The position numbers and the translations under genes were made by a program. A stretch of 63,374 nt of DNA, filler included, from Octopus bimaculoides (lineage: Eukaryota): NCBI RefSeq assembly GCF_001194135.2. It is 3 parts of 2 records of this genome, joined end to end, with 100 filler letters (N's around TTAATTAATTAA, not from the genome) between each part and the next. Parts side by side here need not be neighbours in the genome. Positions count along the whole stretch, not along the records: positions 1 to 16,368 come from NC_068993.1; positions 16,469 to 43,541 come from NC_068982.1; 1 more part is not named here. One strand, 5' to 3'. The notes under the pieces are model-generated. The model saw only the letters and a list, made by a program, of their open reading frames with translations, made no database searches and was not told the DNA's origin. Below are positions 14,359-26,847 of this stretch, one piece after another (position 1 is the first letter of the stretch; every line of letters starts with the position of its first letter).

Positions 14359-14789
14359 CAAACGAGGTGTCTGCTCCATGTTCGTTCTTTTAGTTGCAAT
14401 ACTGGTTGCATCTGTAGTGTAGTGTCATGTGTTGCCGAATATTGAAACGTATGTAACAACAGGAATAAGGGAGCACCAAATTATGCCCATGTTCATTACT
14501 TTTGTTATTATTGCAGTTCTCTTTTTATAACGTCACAGCCCACCATCGGATATGCATAACTGTAGTGTACAAGCAATGGTCGGAATTAAACATATGCAGT
14601 TTAATTGTCACGCGGCAAGCGCGTCTAATTGTAGGTATATAATGTGTGTGTGGACTTCTTGCATTTCTTTGACTGTTATGCTAAAATCTATGGCTTTAAG
14701 TCCAACATAAAATTTACGTCTAGTTTTTCAAAAACTAGGTTGAACTTTTGGACACAAAAGTCAAGTTTTCTGGAGGTAGAATAGCGACA

Positions 14790-15950
14790 GTGTTCTTTTG
14801 GAAGCCCATGTTATCCCGCATTTATCTCCACCGCTGCTCCGATCATCCACATCATATTATTCGATCAAATCCGAAATCCCAATTTTTGAGGATAAACTGG
14901 ATTTGTACTGACATAGGGGATTACCGGAAACATGCAAATGCTTTTTGTAAATCACGATTAAAGGAAATAGCAAATGAAATAGCTAAGATTAGTAAACTCA
15001 CTCAAACCTTCATGCATAATTTTAGCAAACAATACAATAGATGACAGAATTCCTTTAGTGATGAACTGGCACCGAAATTTCGCTGGCATTTCAAAAGTTT
15101 TGAGTGAAATATCCTCGTTCCAAACAGATATTTCTTCAGCTGCCTATTGTAGTCTTGAGACGGAATAAGAATATAACAGATTTATTGACCTCTATTTCTG
15201 ATTCCAAGAAAACGAACATAGGAGTATCTGCACGCTATACCTTAAAGAACAGCCGCAAGAGAAGTAAGCCCTGTTCATTGTGCAACAACATGAGTCAAGT
15301 GAATTCCATCAGAAATCATAACAGAAATGTTATGATTCATACAGAAGGTGCAACATGTGGTGTACGCTGCAGAATGCATGAAACACAAATTAATTTATGT
15401 TGGTTGTACAACAGAACAATTAAACAAAAGGCTTAATGGGCACAGATTTGACGTCAGACACAATAACATTAATCCGACAGAACTTGCCGAACATTTCGTT
15501 TCAAATGGCTACAATTTTGAAAAAGACTTGAAAGTGAATATTCTCAGAAAATATTCTGAATTTGCTTCACTTTCACTTTTCAGAATGCATGAGGAGAAAT
15601 ATATTTGCGGGTTATTAACATCACGCCCTGGAGGAATGAATAAAATGACAGGAGAATATCATCAAATTTACACAAAATTGTTTGATTAAATAATCTTCTT
15701 TTTCTCTTTTTTTCCTCTTTTTTGCTGTCTTCTTTTTTCTGTCTTTCTCTTTTCGCCCGTTATAAAATTGAAATTAAAAGACTGATGATGTTAGTCCATC
15801 AACGTATGGACGCTGGTTGCTCTCGTTCATGCTTTACATTTAGTTTCTATAATTTTGAATTTTTATCACGTCTTATTTTGAACTTGACAAAGAGAGACAT
15901 ACTGTTGAAATATCGTTCAACCAATAACATATCTATTACAATCGAACCGC
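14790..15950 (+). mobile_element. Penelope-like retroelement, 5'-truncated: RT thumb, linker, GIY-YIG endonuclease and 3' terminal sequence
   Basis: YLHRCSDHPHHIIRSNPKSQFLRI; PIVVLRRNKNITDLL..PCSLC; VVYAAEC..IYVGCTTEQLNKRLNGHR..ELAEHF..EEKYIC.L....PGGMN. Broken by frameshifts into three ORFs. Confidence 0.85.
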
Positions 15951-15964
15951 ACTCTTTCTCTTGA

Positions 15965-15965
15965 C

Positions 15966-16017
<52 letters not shown>

Positions 16018-16368
16018 ATTATTATTATTATTATTATTGAGTGAGAGAGTAGTGCATGCCATCAAAGTGACACTGGGGTAAAATATACGAAGCCCATTAT
16101 ATCCATCATGACTACCCGTCTAATAAGGGTACACTAGGCATATGCATTACAACCATATGTGCGCGACATGGTGATCTCATATAAACAGCGCATGACCTCG
16201 CAGGTGGGGCCCAGTTAGAATTTTCTTCAGGTCGAGTAGCCCATCCCGATTAAAAGATTCCTGAATAAGGGTTGTTTAAGGATGTTGAGCAAAACACCCA
16301 TGTTTCCAAAGGTGAATTATTCAAACCCCAAAGAATTCCTCTCAACACATGGCCATGATGCTCCCCCA
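15965..16368 (-). mobile_element. (AAT)n-tailed 3' end of a retroposon, cut by a gap
   Basis: About 75 bp of (ATT)n directly abuts a non-simple sequence, the arrangement expected for a minus-strand non-LTR 3' UTR. Family not determined. Confidence 0.5.
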
Positions 16369-16468
16369 NNNNNNNNNNNNNNNNNNNNNNNNNNNNNNNN
16401 NNNNNNNNNNNNTTAATTAATTAANNNNNNNNNNNNNNNNNNNNNNNNNNNNNNNNNNNNNNNNNNNN
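16369..16468. other. Synthetic scaffold join (44 N + TTAATTAATTAA + 44 N)
   Basis: Exactly 100 bp, with a 12-mer at 16413-16424 that gives stops in all six frames. Identical structure at 43542-43641. Confidence 0.9.
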
Positions 16469-16493
16469 ATATCTATATAAATATATTCATATA

Positions 16494-16559
<66 letters not shown>

Positions 16560-16925
16560 TAATATATAAATATATGCATATATCCATACATATATGTACA
16601 TGCCTACATCTATATGTATATATACATGCATATATGAGTACAGGACATCAAAAAAAAACGTTAAACAATGAGAAAGGAAAACATAAAAACGAAACCAGAA
16701 AACGAACTTTTTTCGAACAACGAAAAAAAAACAAAAAAAACAGAGAAACAAGACATGCATTCTTTTTTTCAGTTTCTTTCGGTCACATAACTTGACTTTC
16801 TAAATATGGAATCTAGTGTATTTATTTTATCGGCCTACCAATATATACAGTAAGTTTCTTTGCTTTAGGGAAGATACTCGGCAAGGAATGGAAGCAAAAC
16901 TGAAAGAATAATAATAACAATAAAA

Positions 16926-17520
16926 TCCTTTCATCTACAGGCACAAGGCCTGAAATTTTGGGAGATGGGGAAAGTTGATCACATCAAGACCAGTAATCGA
17001 CTGCTACTTAATTTATCGACCCCGAAGGGATAAAAGATATAGTCGACCTCGGGGGAATTTGAACTCAGAACATAACGACAGATGAAATACCAATAAGCAT
17101 TTCGCACGGCGCGCTAACGATTCTGCTAGCGCGCCGCCTGAATAATAATAATAGTAATAATAATATTAATAATAATAATAATAATGGGTCTGATATTTGG
17201 GGACAGATTCTAAGTCCAGTACATCGCCCTCAGTGCTTATTTTATCGACCTCGAAAGGATGAAAGGCAATGTCGGCCTCGGTGGAATTTGAACTTAGAAC
17301 GTGATGACGGACGAAATATTGCAAAGTTTTTTGCTCGGCGTGCTAATGACTCTGCCGTCTTAATACTGATTTCAAATTTTGGCACCAGGCCAGCAATTTT
17401 GGGGGAGTAGGTACCGGTGCTCAGCTGGTACTTATTTTATCGATCCCTTTCAAAATTTGGCACAAAGTCAACAGTTTTAAGGAGAATCGCTAAGTCGATT
17501 ACACTGACGCCATATGTGTA
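16926..17520 (-). mobile_element. Cluster of tRNA-derived SINE family A copies (two near-complete plus tail fragments)
   Basis: Reverse complement shows the ggcggcg.gct.gcagaa A-box, gagttcaaattcc B-box and the gcctttcatcctttcggggtcgataaa body. Confidence 0.85.
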
Positions 17521-18669
17521 CTTGTGTATCTGTTTGGGAGTCGGTGTATCATGTATTTACACATTCACATTCATAAACACACACACACATATACATACGC
17601 GCGCGCGCATGCACACACACATACAAACACGCACATACACACTCTCTTTTCCTCTTTTATTACCTTCAACCCAATGGCATTTATTGGTTTTAGCCCATTG
17701 GCTGGGGCACTAATATTACTATCGTTCCTTTTTCTAAAGCCTTCTTTCTGTGAATGACCTCCCTTAAGGGACTTTGATGCGGCTACCCACGTTTGCCTAT
17801 TTTTATTGGTTCAGATCTCAACCAATAGAATAACCAAGTGTTTCTTCAATACGAAATACATTTGCATTTACTCCACGCTGACATCTCCAGATTTTCAACA
17901 AAGTTTTGTCAAGTTGTGTGCCCTTGAAAACTAAACTTATACAATAACTGGTCCTATATATCGATGATCGGGACTGGACCTTTGACACTATGTAGTGTGG
18001 TCCAGCTTGATATTGCCATATCTCTCAATGCCAAAGATTGGTGATATTCCATCCCAGAATCTTCTACATCTTACCTATGAGCACTGTAGGTAGTAGATCA
18101 TACTTCTTTCATTCTCTTCCAATAGTGCTTTTGTTTCATTAAGATTAATCTTGGTGTATTGGGTTGCTTCGACTTCCATTGTTTGGTCAAAATTACGTGG
18201 CAATTATAGTTAACAGCAATAACCTAGACGTTTGTGAACAAATGCCTTCAATATGATCAACATGGTTTCTTGCTCTCGTTATATATAAAATACAACTGTG
18301 CGTGTATCTCAGTGCGTATGTCCATGTATGTGTGTGTGCGTGTGTGCATGTGTGTAACTCAATCCTGATTGACTTCACTTGAATCAGGTAATTTGCTGCT
18401 TACAAGGTGAGCATCATACAAACATAAGACTCTAAAAACAATCTTTATAAACCTTTCAAAGTAGCTGAATTTTCTTATGAATATTCAACGTTGGTTTATG
18501 AAAATTAAGTAATTTTGTTTCAATGTAAAGGTGTTTTATAGATCATTCTTTTGCCGGCGACATTTTCTATCAAGTGTGCAAACAACATTGACTTCCTTGT
18601 TGATATATTTTTATCAAGTGTTTCTATTGTAAACGAGCAAAGATTTTTCCAGCACTTGGCAGAAGCACT

Positions 18670-18957
18670 TGGCGTAGCTTATGAGTTATGATATTTGGTA
18701 CTCGATCGTAATGGTCATGAGATCGATTCCCGGCCGCGCGTTGTATCTTTGAGCAAAACGCTTTACTTCACGTTGCTCCAGTTCACACAGCTGGCAGAAA
18801 TGAGTGGAATCTGTATTTCAAAGAGCCAGTCTTGTCTCATTTTGAGTACACGTTAAGGGTACGCGTGTTTGTAGAGTTGCGCGTTAATATCGCGAGTAGG
18901 CTGTTCCGTTGATCGGATCAGCTGGAACACTCGTTGTCATAACCAATAGAGTGCCAG
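18670..18957 (+). mobile_element. tRNA-derived SINE (CORE-like middle plus tail type Y)
   Basis: gatcgattcccgg B-box; ttgtatctttgagcaaaacgc..cacgttgctccag; tail cgagtaggctgttccgttgatcggatcagctgga..gagtgcca. Confidence 0.75.
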
Positions 18958-19609
18958 TTCTTCTTCATGTCATATCAAGCTGATTGTTGTTAGTAACTAA
19001 TTCAATTAGTAACAAATGATAAGAGAAAAAAGAGATGTCATTGGTCAGAAAAGGTTGAGAAATAGTTTAGGGTGTGGAAATTTTGTAAAGAAATGTGTAG
19101 GGATGCCAGTAGAGACATCCAATATGCAAGATGGACAGCCGTTATATGGGTACTTTTAGTTCTTTATTTCTATGAAAGTATATCATTCCTTTCAGAAAAA
19201 AAATATGCAGTGCAATAAGATCTTTGTGTGTGGGGGGGGGGGGGGTGCGCATGCGTGTGTGTGTGTGAAAGAGCAAAAACAACAGATAAAAGGGAGGGAG
19301 ATTTGAAAGTTTTGCCACATTTGTTTAGACAAATAAATTACGCAACAAATCTGATACAAGAACGAAGTAGTATTTGCTGCAATGATGAGGTGGTAGACAG
19401 AATACAAGCAGAGGCCATAACAAGTCCTACGAAGTCATCAGAATACAAGATTTAAGTAAACAGCAACAGAATTGGTGTATAGTCTACCTCAGTCAGTGTT
19501 ATGAAGAATGATCGTGCAGGGAAACAGGTTGGACGGTGAAATTTAGAAAACATATCTTAGAGACAGAGAGTTGTGTTTTATTTACTGAAAACAACGTAAG
19601 TTATTATTT

Positions 19610-20055
19610 GGAGAACTGGCAGGATCATTGGCACGTCGAACAGAATGCTTTGCGGTATCTCTCTCGGATCTTTATATTCTGAGTTCAAATCAAGTTGGGG
19701 GTCAACTTTGCCTTTCGTCCCATCGGGTTCGATAAAATAAAGTACCGGTCAAGTGCTTGAGTCACTGTGTAATCGACTTCACCCACCCCTCAAAATTGTT
19801 GGCCTTGCGCCCAAACTAGAAAGTATCATTGTTATTGGTTTTTGAAATTTTGGGGCACAAGGCCAGTAATTGTTGGAGAGGGTGCAAGTCGATTACATCG
19901 ACCCCAGTGCCCAAATGGTACTTATTTTATCGACCTTGAAAGGATGAAGGGCAAAGTTGACCTCGGTGGCATTTGAATTCAGAACGTAAAGTTGAAAGAA
20001 ATACTGCTAAGGATTTTGTCCGGCGCAGTAATGATTCTGCCAGCTCATCGCCCTA
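19610..20055. mobile_element. Two SINE family A copies, tail to tail (19610-19830 plus; 19845-20055 minus)
   Basis: Both match the family A body and B-box. Confidence 0.8.
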
Positions 20056-20061
20056 AGAATT

Positions 20062-20271
20062 ATTATACGCTCAGGCTACGACATCTCAAGCGTTTCCTGG
20101 ACGGTGAACAGGTGTGGTCGCCTTTCATCAGACGCGATTTTCCGCAGCTCGTTTCTTTAACAGAGCTGCAATCCTGGATCAGACGTAGACCGAGAAAGGG
20201 CGCTTGGTACCTCGAGTGCCGCCAAGCTCTCACCGCCCTCAGTCAGGCGGGCAGTGCGATCGGTACTAGCT
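20062..20271 (+). mobile_element. GC-rich coding-like fragment, possibly L1/Tx1-type LINE ORF2, cut by a gap
   Basis: Open frame TLRLRHLKRFLDGEQVWSPFIRRDFPQLVSLTELQSWIRRRPRKGAWYLECRQAL. GC content is unlike the flanks. Family call is from recall only. Confidence 0.4.
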
Positions 20272-21228
20272 NNNNNNNNNNNNNNNNNNNNNNNNNNNNN
20301 NNNNNNNNNNNNNNNNNNNNNNNNNNNNNNNNNNNNNNNNNNNNNNNNNNNNNNNNNNNNNNNNNNNNNNNNNNNNNNNNNNNNNNNNNNNNNNNNNNNN
20401 NNNNNNNNNNNNNNNNNNNNNNNNNNNNNNNNNNNNNNNNNNNNNNNNNNNNNNNNNNNNNNNNNNNNNNNNNNNNNNNNNNNNNNNNNNNNNNNNNNNN
20501 NNNNNNNNNNNNNNNNNNNNNNNNNNNNNNNNNNNNNNNNNNNNNNNNNNNNNNNNNNNNNNNNNNNNNNNNNNNNNNNNNNNNNNNNNNNNNNNNNNNN
20601 NNNNNNNNNNNNNNNNNNNNNNNNNNNNNNNNNNNNNNNNNNNNNNNNNNNNNNNNNNNNNNNNNNNNNNNNNNNNNNNNNNNNNNNNNNNNNNNNNNNN
20701 NNNNNNNNNNNNNNNNNNNNNNNNNNNNNNNNNNNNNNNNNNNNNNNNNNNNNNNNNNNNNNNNNNNNNNNNNNNNNNNNNNNNNNNNNNNNNNNNNNNN
20801 NNNNNNNNNNNNNNNNNNNNNNNNNNNNNNNNNNNNNNNNNNNNNNNNNNNNNNNNNNNNNNNNNNNNNNNNNNNNNNNNNNNNNNNNNNNNNNNNNNNN
20901 NNNNNNNNNNNNNNNNNNNNNNNNNNNNNNNNNNNNNNNNNNNNNNNNNNNNNNNNNNNNNNNNNNNNNNNNNNNNNNNNNNNNNNNNNNNNNNNNNNNN
21001 NNNNNNNNNNNNNNNNNNNNNNNNNNNNNNNNNNNNNNNNNNNNNNNNNNNNNNNNNNNNNNNNNNNNNNNNNNNNNNNNNNNNNNNNNNNNNNNNNNNN
21101 NNNNNNNNNNNNNNNNNNNNNNNNNNNNNNNNNNNNNNNNNNNNNNNNNNNNNNNNNNNNNNNNNNNNNNNNNNNNNNNNNNNNNNNNNNNNNNNNNNNN
21201 NNNNNNNNNNNNNNNNNNNNNNNNNNNN

Positions 21229-21276
<48 letters not shown>

Positions 21277-21287
21277 CAGGGCGGCGA

Positions 21288-21490
21288 GCTGACAGAATCG
21301 TGAGTACGCTGGACAAAATGCTTAGCGGTATTTCGCCCATCGCTACGCTCTGAGTTCAAATTCCGCCGAGATCGGCTTTGCCTTTCATCCTTTCGGGGTC
21401 GATAAAATATGCACCACTTGAACACTGGCGTTGATGTCATCGACTCATCCTCACCTCCCCCAAGCTGCTCTTGTAGCAAAAATTTGAAAT
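21288..21490 (+). mobile_element. SINE family A copy after an (ATT)n tract
   Basis: ggcggcgagctgacagaatc..ctgagttcaaattccgccgag..cctttcatcctttcggggtcgataaa. Confidence 0.9.
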
Positions 21491-21494
21491 AATA

Positions 21495-22150
21495 ATAATT
21501 ATTATTGTTATTGTTATCATTATTATTATTATCATCATCATCATCATAATCATCATCATTATTTTATTGTCTTTGCACAGCTTCTAACGCTGGAGATGTA
21601 CTACGGTGTCAGCTGTTCACTACCAGTGAACTAAGGTAACACCCCCTTATTTTTCGAGCACCATCCGAAGTGTTCGAGCGGTTCCAAGCAGTGCTGTTTT
21701 CTGCAAGTGCTCCACCCTTATTGTAACCCCTATTTGTTCCATGTACTTCTCAAGATTTTTGCTCGCTGTACCCAGGAATCTGACAATTATTGGTAGTACT
21801 TGCACCTTTTTCAGCGACCACAACTGGTTAACCTCCTATTATATCTAACGACATATCTTTCTTCCTTATCGCATACCTTGTTGTCAGCTGGGCATGCAAT
21901 ATCTATAATCCAGCATCATTTGCTTTCTTTCTCAATTAACACTATGTCTGGTTTCCTATTCTCTATCTCATGGTCGCACTGAATCATAAAATCCCATAGG
22001 ATCTTTGCATTATCATTTTCGATGATGCGTTGTTCGTACCACTATTTTACTCTGTCAAGTCCATACATGTTGCAAAGTGTCCAATGGACAATCCTTACTA
22101 TATTGTCATGACGTCTCTTATATTCTTTCTGTGCTAGTGGCGTATATTAA
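21495..22150 (-). mobile_element. 3' fragment of an RLE-type (R4/Dong-like) non-LTR retrotransposon
   Basis: Minus translation LAQKEYKRRHDNIVRIVHWTLC..WYE..ENDNAKILWDFMIQCDHEIENRKPDIVLIEK..CWIIDIACPADNKV. Trinucleotide tail at 21495-21560. Confidence 0.8.
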
Positions 22151-22169
22151 CTGGTAATATGCCAAACGG

Positions 22170-22207
<38 letters not shown>

Positions 22208-22252
22208 ATTATTATTATTATTATTATTACTATTATTATTATTATTATTATT

Positions 22253-22615
22253 GCTTAGTGGCATTTCGTCTGTCTTTACGTTCTGAATTCTAATTCCGCT
22301 GAGGTCGACTCTGCCTTTCATCTTTTCGGGGTCGATACATTAAGTACCAGCTGAGTACTGGGGTCGATGTAATCGACTAGTCTCCTACCCCCAAATTTCA
22401 GGCCTCATGCCTTTAGTAGAAAGGATTATTATCATCATTGCTGAGCGGCATTTCGTCTACTGTTACGTTCTGAGTTCAAATTCCGCCGAGGTTGATGCTT
22501 TTCATCCTTTCGGGGTCGATAAATTAAGCACTAGCTGATTACTTGGATCAATGCAATCGACAAGACCCCCAGTCCGCCCACATTTCAGGCCTTGTGCCTG
22601 TAGTACAAAGGATTA
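22253..22615 (+). mobile_element. Two tandem 5'-truncated SINE family A copies
   Basis: Each starts at gcttag/ctgagcggcatttcgtc and ends gtagaaagg/gtacaaaggattat. Confidence 0.85.
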
Positions 22616-22619
22616 TCAT

Positions 22620-22636
22620 AATTATCAGCAGCAGCC

Positions 22637-22668
<32 letters not shown>

Positions 22669-22669
22669 G

Positions 22670-22716
<47 letters not shown>
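22620..22716. repeat. Compound (CAG)n-(TAG)n microsatellite
   Basis: Direct reading. Confidence 0.95.
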
Positions 22717-22717
<1 letters not shown>

Positions 22718-23844
22718 AACTAGATTTAATTAAATTGTAATGAATGAAAAGAGGAAAAATAATTTATTAAAGAAAAATTTTCCTGATAGAAACGCTGTAA
22801 GAATGTTACCGTCACGCACATATTGGAATCTTATTCTATTCAATAAAAATTCCATTGTGATAACATTAACTTCGACACACGCTCATGCTATCATGGAAAG
22901 ATACCAAAAACCATTTTCCAGGAATATATTGTTTCTCTTCTAGAAATCATTTTAACTCTATACAGCCACTATTTAGTTCAGATTTACAATACATTCACAA
23001 TAGCAATGTTGCCTCATCATTATATCAAACTTTCTTGGGTGTGATTAAACTGCATCTGGTAAGTAGGGCACTAGTTCGAGAGTTCCACTTCTATCCATTA
23101 TTGTTACCAGGTCTACTCTGCTCTGACCTGGAGTGATAGCAACTGTAAGGGTCCTATCCATGTTTTAGCATGTAAGGGCTTACTTACCTATGCATGTTCT
23201 AAAGACTGAATCCGGTGGACTCTGTAAAGGAAACCTTCATGGTTCAATGCAGAGGAAGGTGGTTGCGGCAACGCACTGTGCAGTGCAGGAAGCAAGATGA
23301 GGCAAGTAAGATATGCTGGTCATCAACTGTATCCGTCTCCATTCCCAGTTTTCTTGACCTGGTCTTGCCACTGGATTCGAGATGGTCACGGACGAGAGAG
23401 ATAGTGAGTTTGACGGTGCGCAACTCTTCACTTTGAACAGTCACTGCGCAAGTCGTCCGTCATCCTTAAGTATGACTAGATGGCCCTCATCGCTCCGACA
23501 GATGAACATGGACCAAATTAGACAAATATACAAGATCATGAAATTCAGATTTGTCTATGGCCTGAAATCTGTTGAAAATGTGTAAGCAAATAATTAAACC
23601 TGAATGTCAAATTCGAGAAAATTGTAAAGTTGCAAATTAAAAAGAATAATACAAATTAGAGCCCATCTTCAAAACAAAACAAAAGGCTTGTTGATAGTAT
23701 TAATTTAAAAATTCCAAAGATTGCATAAGCTTCTTGATAGTACGATTAAAACATTCGAAAGATTACATCATAATCAACCAAGAACCATTATCATTAAATT
23801 TTGGTTACCAATAAAAGAAAAATACTGCTTAAAAATATTCAATT

Positions 23845-24020
23845 GAAAGCGGCAATCTGCCAAAATCGTTAGCAGGCCGGACAAATGCTTCCCGGTATTT
23901 CTTCTGGCTTCAAATTCTTATTTCAAAGTCTTCTGAGGTTGATTTTGCCTTTCTATTCTTTCAGGGTCGATAAAATAAATGAGCACTGGAACTCATTTAA
24001 TCGTCTAGCCCTACCCCCAT
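23845..24020 (+). mobile_element. Decayed SINE family A copy
   Basis: gcggcaatctgccaaaatcgttagcaggccggacaaatgct..gattttgcctttctattctttcagggtcgataaaa. Confidence 0.7.
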
Positions 24021-24429
24021 AAGGAAATGTATTCTAAGCAATAAGACATTTAATTTTAACAAAAATATTGCCTTCTTTTTGACAAAGAAATAATCAAAAA
24101 CTTTTTATAAGAATTCAACTTATTTCGATTAGATGTGTATCTTTTTCCATACTGCAGATCAGGTTAAAATTTCAGATTTGAGTAATATCCTCAGTAATTA
24201 TTGTTTTTTGCTTTTCCCTCATAGATTTGGCAATCTTTCCGGTCACTCCAATCGTAAAGCCATCCATTCTCCATAACTATTTTCATAGTATGGACTTGAC
24301 ATTCCCTTCTATGGTGATATTTACCTTAAAATAAAAGCCAATAAGAGTCTCCGAGTACAAACGATTTAATTTGCGACTCATACAAACAAATTAGAATTCT
24401 AAACCTGTTCATCAAGATGATTCATTGTG

Positions 24430-24829
24430 AAAACACACTGACGCATTCGTACACTCTGATAACACGCATAGAGGGTCACGCATGTTCATACACACGCATA
24501 TACACATGCATACAAGTCCCAATCAAACATAAAACTATACACAAGGATAAGGCGTTCATATGCACATGCATAAGACATCATATGCACCTATACATATGCA
24601 TACACTTCACAACCAATTATGTATAAATACTCCTTACCCTCAGCTTCTTTTCTCTCTCATTTCTCTCCTTTTGTTTTTCTTCCTTCTCCCACTATCCCCC
24701 TTTCGTCTCCTCTGTCACTATCTCACTTCTTTCTCTACCTCTCTCACAAACACACATTCGCATATATTAGGGATACAAATTTTTCACTCTCTCCCTACCT
24801 CTCTTTCTTCTACTATTTCTTCTACTATT

Positions 24830-24883
<54 letters not shown>

Positions 24884-24966
24884 CTGCCGTTTCCTTTCCT
24901 CTCTCTCCTGCCTTCTCTTCCTCTCTCTCTCTTGCGNNNNNNNNNNNNNNNNNNNNNNNNNNNNNN

Positions 24967-25009
<43 letters not shown>

Positions 25010-25055
25010 CTCCTAAGTACATTTGCATACATGCAGATATACAAACATAAGGGCA

Positions 25056-25103
<48 letters not shown>

Positions 25104-25500
25104 TATACATACATTACAGACATACGCAGTCTTACGTGTCACATTACTCATCACAACTAACTTTACCAGACCTTTTAACCTTACACTACACTTTGACCTC
25201 ACAGACCCTTGTGGATATGCGCACACATTGAACTTACGTATAATACGTGCATGTGAATGCACACAATCACACACATATACATGAAAACACACATGCATAC
25301 ATGTGCTCATAGACGCATACATTTGCGTACTCACTTGCATTCACTAGAGTACATACACAAACACAACACATGCACAAATAAATATAAACATAGACCCATA
25401 TGCGCACACATGCAGATCAACTACACACACACACATACACACACACATACACACACACACACATACACACACGTACACACATATGCATATACATACACGC
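24430..25500. repeat. (CA)n/(CT)n microsatellite and low-complexity block
   Basis: Direct reading. Confidence 0.9.
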
Positions 25501-26039
25501 GTAGACACGGAGACACGCAACATCTAAAAATATTACTTGTCCAACGATTTAATTAGGTGCTTGGAGTAAAAAAAAAGAAAAGAAAAGAACAACAAAAAGC
25601 AAGACAAACACGCACAAAAAATACCCCAACAAAATACAACAAATTCGCACCACTGACTGCTAACGAACATCGAATATCAACACTAATTGATTTGACCTTA
25701 AAATGACCCAACCCGGGTACTGACCTCGTCCCTCAGGAGACCCTCAAAACTATAAATAAATAGAATCATAAAGAAAATTACCGGCGTAATTGTCTTATTG
25801 TTATTTTATTTTATTTTATTTTTGTCTTGTTCTCACTAGAGAGGGGAGGGAGGTTGTAGGGTGGTTTTCATGTTCAGCAAAATCAAGTAATTTGATGTTT
25901 CGTCTGATCTCGATTTAGATTGCTTAAGTTGTCTCAGGTGAACTTCACTACCTATGTGTATACACTGTATGCTCAGAACTAGACTAATATATACACGTGT
26001 GTGTGTGTGTGTGTGTTTTGAACTGTTATTCCCAGCACA

Positions 26040-26215
26040 TTATCTCTCTCTCTCCGTCTCGTTTCTTTCTCCTTTTTTTTTCTCTCAATCCTTTCTGTCG
26101 AAAGAGCGTAGACTTGAAACGTCAAAAACTTTTCCATTCTTCATGAGCGTCAAACTAATACATCTGCTGGTTGTTCCTTCACCTGTCTTTGTCCTTTGTT
26201 TTCTGTAAATTCGAA
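26040..26215 (+). mobile_element. Dispersed repeat, probable Penelope-like terminal sequence
   Basis: ctttctgtcgaaagagcgtagacttgaaacgtcaaaa..gagcgtcaaactaatacat; homologous to 2150 and 29040. Confidence 0.45.
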
Positions 26216-26217
26216 CT

Positions 26218-26286
26218 GTATGTGTGTGTGTGAGTGTGTGTGTGTGTGTGAGTGTGTGTGTGTGTATGTGCGTGCGTGTAGAGTGA

Positions 26287-26332
<46 letters not shown>

Positions 26333-26419
26333 AGGAGATAGATAGATAGATAGATAGATAGGTAGGTAGGTAGGTAGATAGATAGACAGATAGGTAGGTA
26401 GGTAGTTAGGTAGACAGAC

Positions 26420-26453
<34 letters not shown>

Positions 26454-26463
26454 GCAGACAGAC

Positions 26464-26498
<35 letters not shown>
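26218..26498. repeat. Compound (TG)-(GA)-(GATA)-(GGTA)-(GACA)-(GATA) microsatellite
   Basis: Direct reading. Confidence 0.95.
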
Positions 26499-26782
26499 AA
26501 CTTTACCTCTTGTTCAGCAAGGCTACCAATGGTTTTATATGAGGAATCTCTCAACGTTCCCTGCTACAGGGAATGTTGGTACTTCTATGAATTACTCACA
26601 CACGCTTACACGAACACAAGAAAGTATGTTGTTGACGTCAAAAGTTCGACAGAACGTGAAATAATTCTCTTCCTGTTTTTTTTGTTTTTTGGGGGGGAAT
26701 GTTGAATCTCAAAGTGAATAAAACTATAAATGATAGCGCGGAAATATTGGTTTTAAAACGTCTCGGATAAAAATAGTCGAAG

Positions 26783-26847
26783 GCTTCCCGTGGAACTCCA
26801 ACCCGACATTTGTAAACATGACAGGCATTCTACCATCGGACCAACGC
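26783..26847 (-). pseudogene. Degenerate tRNA-like remnant (5' half resembles tRNA-Gly)
   Basis: Reverse complement gcgttggtccgatggtagaatgcctgtc..tcgggttggagttccacggg. A-box-like and damaged B-box-like segments; no intact cloverleaf. Confidence 0.4.

Noticed and set aside
15059-15085. gtgatgaactggcaccgaaattt as a hammerhead
   Set aside because: It sits inside PLE coding sequence, with no convincing stems.
23200-23530. GC-richer patch resembling an RTE C-terminus (also 19330-19530)
   Set aside because: Too degraded to assign without alignment.
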